A stretch of DNA of 32,000 nucleotides from a cyanobacterium endosymbiont of Braarudosphaera bigelowii (GTDB lineage: Bacteria; Cyanobacteriota; Cyanobacteriia; Cyanobacteriales; Microcystaceae), in contig NZ_AP024987.1 of NCBI RefSeq assembly GCF_020885515.1, positions 390,001 to 422,000 on the forward strand, given 5' to 3'. A model generated the notes under the pieces. The model did no database searches. It had not been told where the DNA came from and was given only the letters and a program-made list of their open reading frames with translations. Of this stretch, positions 10,110-18,631 are shown in pieces; within the stretch, counting starts at the first letter, position 1, and each line of letters opens with the position of its first letter. Position numbers and translations under genes: made by a program.

Positions 10110-10768
10110 TTGATATTCCTCTCTACGTTATCAAACCCATGATAATATCATCATGTAACAATTTGAGAACTTTTTCTTATCAATAATTAATATCCACTCA
10201 ATTTTTTTCACGAATAAATAATGTCAAATAAAGTAGTCATTTAACTAGTTTTACTAATTAATAAAGTTTATCTTAATTAACTGAATGGGATAAGTTTAAA
10301 AGATATAAAAAATTTGCATATCTTATGTTGCGAATACTAATTTAATTATATATATATTTGAAATATACATATATGTAATTCTTAGAGTAGTTTTTATTCA
10401 AGTTATATTAATTTCAATAAAAAACTTGGCTAATAGTACTTTTTCCCATAAAGAAATCTTACTGATAGTTATATCTTTAGTTTATTAAAAATGATGTTTA
10501 CAAAAATTTAGAGAAGAAAACGAATTTCTAGCATATTTACTAATTTTTTTTGTATTAAAGCTTGATATGATTTATTTATTCTATTCAGTCATTATATATA
10601 ATAATATTTTTTACTAAAATTACGAAAGGTAGTATAAACTATGAGAGTGATGGGAAATCATAACAAATAAGTGTATGTGGTATCTTATTGCTGAATATAT
10701 ACTATATATTAATTATTTCCCATTTCATTTAAAATTAACCTTAACTTTCTAAGCTCTAAAAACCTTTC

Positions 10769-11329
10769 ATGATTTCTAGTAATGATTTTCGGAGCGGTGT
10801 CACTATTGAGTTAGATGGTTCAGTGTGGCGCGTCATTGAGTTTCTACATGTTAAGCCTGGTAAAGGCTCAGCTTTCGTTCGAACCAAACTAAAAAATGCT
10901 CAAACGGGAAATGTGGTGGAAAAAACCTTCCGTGCAGGAGAAAGTGTTCCCCAAGCTAATCTCGAAAAACGTACCATGCAGCATACCTATAAAGACTCAG
11001 GACAATATGTTTTTATGGATATGGAAACTTTTGAAGAAGTCCAGTTAAGTCTCAAACAAATGGGGACAACTGTAAACTACGTTAAAGAAGAAATGGAAGC
11101 TGATATTCTTTTCTGGAATGAAAAAGTATTAGAAGTTCAACTACCTACTTCTGTTGTTTTGGAAGTTACAGAGACTGACCCCGGTATGAAAGGAGATACT
11201 GCCACAGGTGGTACGAAACCTGCAATTGTAGAGACTGGAGCACAAATAATGGTTCCCTTATTTATCTCTATTGGAGAGAAGATTAAAGTCGATACTCGTG
11301 ATGGTTCCTACCTAGGACGAGAAACTTAA
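10769..11329 (+). CDS. efp: Elongation factor P
   Basis: 186 aa. [43 protein letters not shown] through the C-terminal [11 protein letters not shown] signature. Confidence 0.97.
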   Translation: MISSNDFRSGVTIELDGSVWRVIEFLHVKPGKGSAFVRTKLKNAQTGNVVEKTFRAGESVPQANLEKRTMQHTYKDSGQYVFMDMETFEEVQLSLKQMGTTVNYVKEEMEADILFWNEKVLEVQLPTSVVLEVTETDPGMKGDTATGGTKPAIVETGAQIMVPLFISIGEKIKVDTRDGSYLGRET

Positions 11330-11330
11330 A

Positions 11331-11371
11331 ATTAAAACTGGTTGTCTATTCGTTAGATAATCAGTTTTAAT
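11331..11371 (+). terminator. Hairpin downstream of efp, 18-bp stem including G-U pairs
   Basis: ATTAAAACTGGTTGTCTA - TTCGT - TAGATAATCAGTTTTAAT immediately after the efp stop codon. Confidence 0.6.
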
Positions 11372-11417
11372 ACCTATTTAAACGTATTTTTACGAGTAGT
11401 TATAGGATGGATAGTCT

Positions 11418-11885
11418 GTGTCAATTAATTTTAAAGAGCTTCGTGAACTGTTAGGGGCAATAGCCCAAACCGATATTTCTGAGGTCATCTTAAAAACAGA
11501 GGCTTTTGAATTAAAAGTACGTAGAGAATTAAAAACAGTAACTTCTACTATACCAATATCATCAGAAGTAATTAATACAAATACTTCTATAACTTCAACA
11601 GATTCTGTTCAAACAACTCCGACAACTTCATCCAATTATGATAACTGGATACCAATCACCTCTCCTATGGTTGGTATATTTTATAGTGCTTCAGCTCCAG
11701 AAGAACCTCCATTTGTTGAGGTTGGAGATCATGTTAGCAAAACTCAAACAGTTTGTATAATTGAAGCAATGAAACTGATGAATGAAATTGAGGTAGAAAT
11801 GGCAGGAGAAATTATGGAAATTATGGTAAAAAATGGTGAACCTGTAGAATATGGGCAAACCTTAATATGGGTAAATCCTAAGTAA
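11418..11885 (+). CDS. accB: Acetyl-CoA carboxylase biotin carboxyl carrier protein
   Basis: 155 aa. Biotinylation motif [13 protein letters not shown] and biotinyl domain GVFYSA...FVEVGD. GTG start. Adjacent to efp, as in other cyanobacteria. Confidence 0.95.
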   Translation: MSINFKELRELLGAIAQTDISEVILKTEAFELKVRRELKTVTSTIPISSEVINTNTSITSTDSVQTTPTTSSNYDNWIPITSPMVGIFYSASAPEEPPFVEVGDHVSKTQTVCIIEAMKLMNEIEVEMAGEIMEIMVKNGEPVEYGQTLIWVNPK

Positions 11886-11955
11886 ATGAAATATATACTG
11901 TAGTCCAGTTTAATTATTTATCTAGATTTAAAAATAAGACAAAGTCTTTAGAGTT

Positions 11956-12065
11956 AATTTCTACTTCCTCACCATAGACGTTATAGACTTAATGAATAAG
12001 AGGTTTAAGATCTTAAACCTCTTATTCATTAAGTCTATAACGTCTATGGTGAGGAAGTAGAAATT
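11956..12065. repeat. 110-bp perfect palindrome (two 55-bp arms, no spacer) comprising an inverted duplication of the 3' end of the downstream ABC ATPase gene
   Basis: Arm 11956-12010 AATTTCTACTTCCTCACCATAGACGTTATAGACTTAATGAATAAGAGGTTTAAGA is the exact reverse complement of 12011-12065. I checked this block by block in the given sequence. Confidence 0.95.
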
Positions 12066-13197
12066 TCCCATCAAATTGATGTTTTATTCCATCCCAATAA
12101 AACCAATGAATATTATGATCATAGAAATTTAAGTAAATATTATTACCTATATTTAATTGTCCTTGATTTTTAATTAGTGCTCTAATTATTAATTTTGATC
12201 CTTTAATTTGAACGCTAATTAAACTTTCTTTTCCTAATTCTTCAACTAATTTAATTTCTCCACTAATTGTGAGACATTTACTTAATGAATTAGATTGATA
12301 AATATCTTCGGGACGAATACCTAACACAACGTACTTAGGCCATTTACTTTTCCCATTTATTTCCCATATATATTGAGAATCAAGATAACTTAAAGGAATC
12401 ACAAAGTCACCTAATATTGCATTATTTCCCTGACAACATAACTCTAATAAATTCATTTGGGGACTTCCAACAAAGCCTGCTACAAATTGATTAGCTGGAC
12501 GCCGATAAATTTGCCTAGGGGAAGCTAATTGCTGTACTTCACCACCAAATAATACTGCAACTTTATCAGACAAAGTCATAGCCTCAGTCTGATCATGGGT
12601 AACATATACAACTGGTTTATTCTGCTCTATAAATATTTGTTTAAGCTCAGCTCTTACCTGTTCTCTCAAAAGTGCATCTAAATTACTTAAAGGTTCATCA
12701 AGTAAAAAAATATCTGGATTTCTAACTAGTGCACGAGCTAATGCTATTCTTTGCCTTTGTCCTCCCGAAAGTTTGCCTGGTTTTTCTAGTAGACAATCTT
12801 TACCTTCTTGTAATTTTAATTGCTTTGCTGCTTTTTGAATGCGCTGTTCAATTTCTTTTTCGGAAAGTTTACGAATTTTTAAAGCAGTAGCAATATTTTC
12901 TCTTGCTGTCATATGAGGATAAAGAGCGTAACTCTGAAATACCATCGCTATATTACGATCACCAGCTGAGATATTGGTTACATTTTTTTCTCCAATAAAT
13001 ATTTCTCCTTGTGTTGGCGTTTCTAATCCTGCAATTAATCTTAGAAGAGTTGACTTTCCACAACCAGAAGGCCCTAATAATGTTAAAAATTCTCCATCTC
13101 TCACCTCTATATCCGTTATTCCATTAACGACTATGAGGATTTTGCCTTTATTAATTTCATATTCTTTTTTTAAGTTTTTTAATCTTAGCTTCGCCAT
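12022..13197 (-). CDS. ugpC: Sugar/glycerol-3-phosphate ABC transporter ATP-binding protein (UgpC/MalK family)
   Basis: 391 aa. Walker A GPSGCGKST, signature LSGGQRQRIALARAL, Walker B DIFLLDEPLSNLDA and C-terminal TOBE-like domain (LGIRPEDIY). Confidence 0.9.
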   Translation of the reverse strand: MAKLRLKNLKKEYEINKGKILIVVNGITDIEVRDGEFLTLLGPSGCGKSTLLRLIAGLETPTQGEIFIGEKNVTNISAGDRNIAMVFQSYALYPHMTARENIATALKIRKLSEKEIEQRIQKAAKQLKLQEGKDCLLEKPGKLSGGQRQRIALARALVRNPDIFLLDEPLSNLDALLREQVRAELKQIFIEQNKPVVYVTHDQTEAMTLSDKVAVLFGGEVQQLASPRQIYRRPANQFVAGFVGSPQMNLLELCCQGNNAILGDFVIPLSYLDSQYIWEINGKSKWPKYVVLGIRPEDIYQSNSLSKCLTISGEIKLVEELGKESLISVQIKGSKLIIRALIKNQGQLNIGNNIYLNFYDHNIHWFYWDGIKHQFDGKFLLPHHRRYRLNE

Positions 13198-13389
13198 TAT
13201 TTTTTCACATAATTCTAATTTGAAAAAGTTATATCTTTACTTATTTTAATTAAATTTAATAATTTGGTTAAATAGTTTTAGAAAAAGCTACAATAACTTA
13301 AAAGTATTATATGAGAACAGTTTGAATTCTAATTATTTTAAATATCTCTTAACTATTTAGAGAAAGAAAAAATTTCAAAATACGAACTT

Positions 13390-15354
13390 TTAATAATCAA
13401 TATTTTCTATATCTTTTGCAGATGAACGACGACGACGACGACGAATTAGAGGTTTATTTCCATCGGCTTGCAATGTATCAATATCATCATCATTAAGTGA
13501 TTCCATCATCAGAAGGTTGTTTGCTTGTGATAAATCAATGGTTATCTGATCCTCTGAAACTTTTTCCGATAGTTTTGTGCTTTTGTCTAAAGATTTAAAA
13601 GTAGTTTTTTGTGATTTTAAACTTGATTTTATTTTATTTTCTTCGGGCAATTTTACTGTAACCAATACAGATTTAGGATCTTTAAATTTACGATCAAGAC
13701 GAACTAGTGGAGAAATACCCATTAGTGCATAAATATCTTGTTCAAGAGAAGTCATTTCTACAGAAACCTTTTCTATAGTATTTTCCTCTCTTACTAAATG
13801 ACGAGGTAAGGGTTCCCTGCGCGATTCTAGTATTGGTTCATTATCATCTTCTACTTCTTTGTTGCTTAAATTATTAACTATTTTCGCAACAGGATCTTCC
13901 TTAACAACTAAATTAGGAGATTGACGACGACGACGACGACGATTATTCGTAGTATTACCATTTTGTTCTTGATAGCTAGGATGAAACAAAAGTTCTAACT
14001 CACTACTATTATCATCTTCATATGAAGATTCCAAAGATTGCTCATTAGATTCAGTAGGTTTATTAAAAAATGATTGAGACGCGGAAGATGAGGCTAGTTC
14101 AAGTGGCACAAGTTGTGGCTCTCCTGGTAAGGACGCTAAGTGTCCTAAACCCCCACAACTAGAACAAGGTTGTCCAAATAGCTCATATATATTTTTACCT
14201 TGTCGTTTACGTGTTAATTCAACTAGCCCTAGCTCAGATAGTTGAGCGATTTGTGGCCTCGCTTTATCTTCTTTTAGTGCATTATTAAAATGCTCAAGTA
14301 ATTTTAACTGATCACGACGTGAATCCATATCTATAAAATCTACAATGATTACTCCTCCAATGTTACGTAAGCGTAACTGACGAGCAATTTCAGTAGCAGC
14401 TTCGCTATTAGTCCATAAGACCGTTTCTCTTGAAGTTGCTGAACGAGTAAAAGATCCTGAATTAACATCAACAACTGTAAGCGCTTCTGTCGGTTCAATA
14501 ATAATATAACCACCTGAAGGTAAATCTACTCTAGGCTTTAATGCTTCTCTAATTGCTGCATTGACACGAAAATAATCTAAAATTTGTAGAGATTCTTGAT
14601 GGTGATCAATTAGAACTCCTTCAGGCGGTCTTCCACTACTCCAATTCATTAAATGATGTTTAACCCTTTTTACGCCTGAAGTACTATCTACTACAATCCT
14701 ATTAACATCAGCGCTATAGATGTCTCTTAATACTCTTTGGATAAAATCATCATCACGATTTAGTAACGATGGAGCACGAGTAGATGTAGCTTGAACTTGA
14801 ACAGATTCCCATTGTCTCTGCAAAAACTCTAAGTCTTCCATAATTGCTTCTTCAGCCTTTCCCTCTGCTTCAGTACGAACTAATAAGCCCATGCCAGCAG
14901 GTTTAATCAAAATAGCTAAAGCACGAAGACGGCTGCGTTCATCATCATTGCAAATACGTCGAGACAGATTAACACCTTTTCCATTAGGCATAAGAACTAA
15001 ATATCGACCAGGAAGACTTACATTCCCAGTGAGTCTAGGGCCTTTATTGCCAGTAGGTTCTTTCATAACCTGAACTAGAACTTTTTGTTGTGGTGTTAAT
15101 AACTCTATAATTCCTCCAGCACTTCGTTTTAGACGTAAAGGTCCTAGATCTGTTACATGTATAAAACCATTGCGTTCTGCATCTCCAATATTAACAAATG
15201 CAGCATCAATGCCTGGAATGATATTTTCAACCACTCCTAAAAAAATATCGCTTACCTGCTGATTACCGGTAGCAACTACTAGTTCTTGTATTTGATCTTC
15301 CCAAAATACGGCAGCAATATGGTGTTGTTCTGTAATAATAATTTGCTTAGGCAT
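13390..15354 (-). CDS. rne: Ribonuclease E/G
   Basis: 654 aa. S1 domain start (GVVENIIPGIDAAFVNIG), VDVNSGSFT, GGVIIVDFIDM and Zn-link CSSCGGLG. Conserved cyanobacterial Arg-rich tail RRRRRRSSA at the C-terminus. Confidence 0.95.
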   Translation of the reverse strand: MPKQIIITEQHHIAAVFWEDQIQELVVATGNQQVSDIFLGVVENIIPGIDAAFVNIGDAERNGFIHVTDLGPLRLKRSAGGIIELLTPQQKVLVQVMKEPTGNKGPRLTGNVSLPGRYLVLMPNGKGVNLSRRICNDDERSRLRALAILIKPAGMGLLVRTEAEGKAEEAIMEDLEFLQRQWESVQVQATSTRAPSLLNRDDDFIQRVLRDIYSADVNRIVVDSTSGVKRVKHHLMNWSSGRPPEGVLIDHHQESLQILDYFRVNAAIREALKPRVDLPSGGYIIIEPTEALTVVDVNSGSFTRSATSRETVLWTNSEAATEIARQLRLRNIGGVIIVDFIDMDSRRDQLKLLEHFNNALKEDKARPQIAQLSELGLVELTRKRQGKNIYELFGQPCSSCGGLGHLASLPGEPQLVPLELASSSASQSFFNKPTESNEQSLESSYEDDNSSELELLFHPSYQEQNGNTTNNRRRRRRQSPNLVVKEDPVAKIVNNLSNKEVEDDNEPILESRREPLPRHLVREENTIEKVSVEMTSLEQDIYALMGISPLVRLDRKFKDPKSVLVTVKLPEENKIKSSLKSQKTTFKSLDKSTKLSEKVSEDQITIDLSQANNLLMMESLNDDDIDTLQADGNKPLIRRRRRRSSAKDIENIDY

Positions 15355-16479
15355 TCAATTCCCTCAAACTTTTATAAGAGATGATGGTAGTTAAAATTTC
15401 TGGTTTACTTGTCTAAAAATTTATCGAAGAGCTAGTCAAGATTCAATATCATGACAGTAGGGCATTAGAAAGGAGAAACTAATTGAACTCATTTTTATTT
15501 TAATACCAGAAGTTACGGTACTAACTTAATTAAACATGGAGAGGAACTTACATAAATTGAAAGTTTTGTCTATCCAACCCCAATATGAAAAAACTTATTT
15601 AATATTTCTGAGAATTTTGTAGAATAGTCCTGCACTTAGTTGGTATTTACTTATGCTAGTTCAAGTTATATCAAGACACTTTCCAATAAAGTTAATAATT
15701 TAGATAAAAGAGTTAGATAAAGGCTTAGGATTTTATCCAATTGTCAGTTAAACAAGTTAATTGATAAGTTCATATTCTTAGGGTATCTACTTTGAAATCT
15801 TTCAAGACAGCTGCACATCTATCTATTTTTAATACTTGATATAGTTTAATACTATCATTGTAAAAATATAACTCAAAAAGTATACTTTTGACAACAGAAA
15901 TATTTTTTGGGATAAAATATAATTGGTTTAATGAAGCCTCTACTATTTATATTTATTAATAATATAAATAGTAGATTATATCCATAATGTAAAACATAAA
16001 ATCATTAATTATATCTGTTAAATAAGTATGATTAGCTTATATCCATAAAGTATTTTCTACTAGCTAATTTATGAAAAACATTGTTAGCTATTATTTTTTA
16101 TAGTGTTAATCTTATTGCAATCTTTAAATTAGTATTTTTTATAAAAACATCACATTATCAGAAAATTATATGTATCAATTATTAATTAATAATAATAATT
16201 CCAGTAAAAGAAAATTGATTTATTCTTGATATTTTTATAAAAAACTAATTGAGATGTTTTAATAATTTTGTCATTTTTCACTATTTAGTATTAATTGCCT
16301 AGAATTATTTTATCTCTAAGTTACATGTATAAAAAAATATTGCTTCCTATCAATCTCGTATTAGTTTTCTATTATGTATTCATAGAATAAGAATTTATTC
16401 AAAAAAGTCTTAATATTCTATACTGAAGTTAACACTAGTAGATATATCTGAAACTACATCTAAAAAAAATTTTGAGCAA

Positions 16480-16586
16480 AAGACTCGGAGTCTACGCCTA
16501 CCACAAGCATCCCTTATTGCTGCTACTTTCCAGTCCTGACAAGATTTGGGCGTTGTAATCGCGTAGGTCCAAGCCAAATACTAGCA
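16480..16586 (-). ncRNA. ffs: Signal recognition particle RNA (4.5S / ffs-like); ends approximate
   Basis: The reverse complement contains TTGTCAGGACTGGAAAGTAGCAGCAATAAGGGATGCTTG, the SRP domain IV hallmark (GTCAGG..GGAA...AGCAGC). Flanks CTTGGACCTACGCG and GGCGTAGACTCCGAG can pair as the basal helix. Confidence 0.82.
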
Positions 16587-16612
16587 TAACACAAAAAATT
16601 ATTTTTTAACGA

Positions 16613-16906
16613 TTATTCATTATTATTAAGAATTTTTGGGACCTTAAAAAATTCTCCTTCCCTACTTGGAGCTTCTTCCATCAAAAGATCTCTGTTTGTA
16701 CAAAGTTGTGATGTATCATTACGAGTAATATTTTTCAACTCAATAACACGTATGGTTGGAATTATTTCCTCAGTCTCTAACTCATCTAATATTCGAAAGT
16801 GTTTTATAACATCTCCTAATTGACTAGCAAACTTTTCTTCTTCTTTAAGATCAATATCTAAGCGAGCTAAATGAGCAATTTTACGGACTTGTTGATGACT
16901 TAACAT
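16613..16906 (-). CDS. gatC: Asp-tRNA(Asn)/Glu-tRNA(Gln) amidotransferase subunit C
   Basis: 97 aa. VRKIAHLARLDI...EEEKFASQLGDVIKHFRILDELET...REGEFFKVPKIL. Confidence 0.93.
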   Translation of the reverse strand: MLSHQQVRKIAHLARLDIDLKEEEKFASQLGDVIKHFRILDELETEEIIPTIRVIELKNITRNDTSQLCTNRDLLMEEAPSREGEFFKVPKILNNNE

Positions 16907-16957
16907 AAGTTAGTTTTAATATTCCTGTTTAGGTTAATAGTGAAAAATCTATCATTT

Positions 16958-17479
16958 TTAGAAAAAAACGTCTATTTCAGAGCGTCCTGTAATTTTTAAC
17001 CAATTTTGGGCTTCTATATAATTATTCGGAGCAATTCGTATTGCTTGTTTCCAGTATTCAGCAGCTTTATCAAAAAGATTTTCGGCATTACTTTCATTAC
17101 CTTCAGTTTTAGATCTTTCACCTTGGTAATGATAAATTACTGCAATATTATTTAAGGCTGATGGCATTTGAGGGTTTAAGTTAATAGCTTGCTTATAATA
17201 ATCTAAAGCTTTTGCATGTTCTCCGTTACTAGCATAAATAATACCAATATTATAAAGAATGTAACTACGATCATTATCATTTTCCTCTAGCTTTAGTGCT
17301 TCATTATAGTTGTCTAGAGCCTCAGCATACTCTCCATCTGCTTGAGCTGACATACCATCTCTATAATAGGCAAAAGCTTCCTTTGCCTTTTTATTGGCAG
17401 GTAAAATCTTAAATATAATATCTGCCATTACAGTAAAACTTTTATCGATGAAATTGTCATTGCGCTGAGTTCTGGGCAT
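16958..17479 (-). CDS. ycf3: Photosystem I assembly protein Ycf3 (TPR protein)
   Basis: 173 aa. [62 protein letters not shown] plus TPR repeats is strongly diagnostic. Confidence 0.96.
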   Translation of the reverse strand: MPRTQRNDNFIDKSFTVMADIIFKILPANKKAKEAFAYYRDGMSAQADGEYAEALDNYNEALKLEENDNDRSYILYNIGIIYASNGEHAKALDYYKQAINLNPQMPSALNNIAVIYHYQGERSKTEGNESNAENLFDKAAEYWKQAIRIAPNNYIEAQNWLKITGRSEIDVFF

Positions 17480-17523
17480 AATTCCTAAGGTGTAAAATTA
17501 TATGGTCATATTTTATCAAAGTT

Positions 17524-18363
17524 TTAGCCTTTAACTCCACTTCCTGACTCAGTAGGAATAATATATTGTTGCACTAATATAAACAAAAGAATGACTGGAA
17601 TTATAGAAATAATTGATCCAGCAGAGATAAGACGCCAATCTAGATCTAAAGAATTAGCTAGTTTAGCAATTCCTAATGGTAAAGTGTAATAATCAAGGTT
17701 ATCTAAAACAATTAGGGGCCATAAAAAGTCACTCCATGATCCAATAAAAATAAAGAATGCTAATGTAACTAAGGCTGGACGAACAGCAGGAATCATAATA
17801 TGCCACCATATATCAAATTCAGAACAGCCATCTATTTTAGCTGCCTCTTCTAGCTCTTTAGGAACTTCTTTAAATGCTTGCCTTAAAAAGAAAATGCCAA
17901 AAGTTGACACTAAATTAGGCAGAATAGCTCCTAAGTAAGTATTACGAAGCTTTAAATTTACTGCTAAGATAAATAGAGGTATCATAATAATTTGTGATGG
18001 GATCATAATGGTGGAAATTATGAAAGCCCATATCGTATTCTTCCCTAAAAAATTGATTCTAGCTAAGGGATATGCGGCAAGAGAACATAGAATAAGATTT
18101 AAACATACAGTTAAAAAAGCTATCAAAAAACTATTATATAAATATTTTCCAAAAGGATAATTTTGCCAAACAATTATAAAATTTTGCCAAGTTGGTTGGC
18201 TAGGCAACCAAGACGTTAAAGTAGTTGATATATCATCTGTTGAAGGTTTAAAAGCAGTCCCGAAAAGCCATATTAAAGGGAAAAGAGTTAAGATTGCAAT
18301 TATTATTAGCAATAAATACGTGAAAATATTTCCAGAAATTAATTCAAGCTTTCTATTTTTCAT
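17524..18363 (-). CDS. Carbohydrate ABC transporter permease (MalG/UgpE family)
   Basis: 279 aa, multi-TM. EAA loop EVPKELEEAAKIDGCSEFDIWWHIMIPAVRPAL. Confidence 0.88.
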   Translation of the reverse strand: MKNRKLELISGNIFTYLLLIIIAILTLFPLIWLFGTAFKPSTDDISTTLTSWLPSQPTWQNFIIVWQNYPFGKYLYNSFLIAFLTVCLNLILCSLAAYPLARINFLGKNTIWAFIISTIMIPSQIIMIPLFILAVNLKLRNTYLGAILPNLVSTFGIFFLRQAFKEVPKELEEAAKIDGCSEFDIWWHIMIPAVRPALVTLAFFIFIGSWSDFLWPLIVLDNLDYYTLPLGIAKLANSLDLDWRLISAGSIISIIPVILLFILVQQYIIPTESGSGVKG

Positions 18364-18631
18364 TTCTTGTCAGTTTAGTATAAATATTTAAAATATAATA
18401 AGTCGACAATTATTATTAGATTATCAAGCTAAATATTTTTAAGAATTAATAATAACATTTAATTAAGACATACTTTATATTTGTTAAATCTTATCATTAT
18501 CTTCCATTTCAATATAATAAATAAAAAACTGATTACGAAAAAAGTTAAAAAGGGAAAATAATAATTTTACTTACTACTTTCCCTTAAGACTTACATAAAT
18601 ATAAAAGAGTTACTTCTCTAAAATAAATTCT

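Noticed and set aside
9334-10113. ORFs 9334-9516 and 9823-10113 on the plus strand over asd
   Set aside because: They are antisense shadows of asd, and the low-complexity translations have no domain signature.
12974-13249. 91-aa plus-strand ORF over the ABC ATPase start
   Set aside because: It is antisense to conserved Walker A coding sequence. No independent support.
13390-13990. GAC/GTC-rich triplet runs (gacgacgacgacgacga at about 13431 and 13931)
   Set aside because: They are codon repeats (CGT/CGA) encoding the Arg-rich tracts of RNase E, not an independent repeat element.
14891-15073. 60-aa plus-strand ORF over rne
   Set aside because: Antisense shadow ORF.
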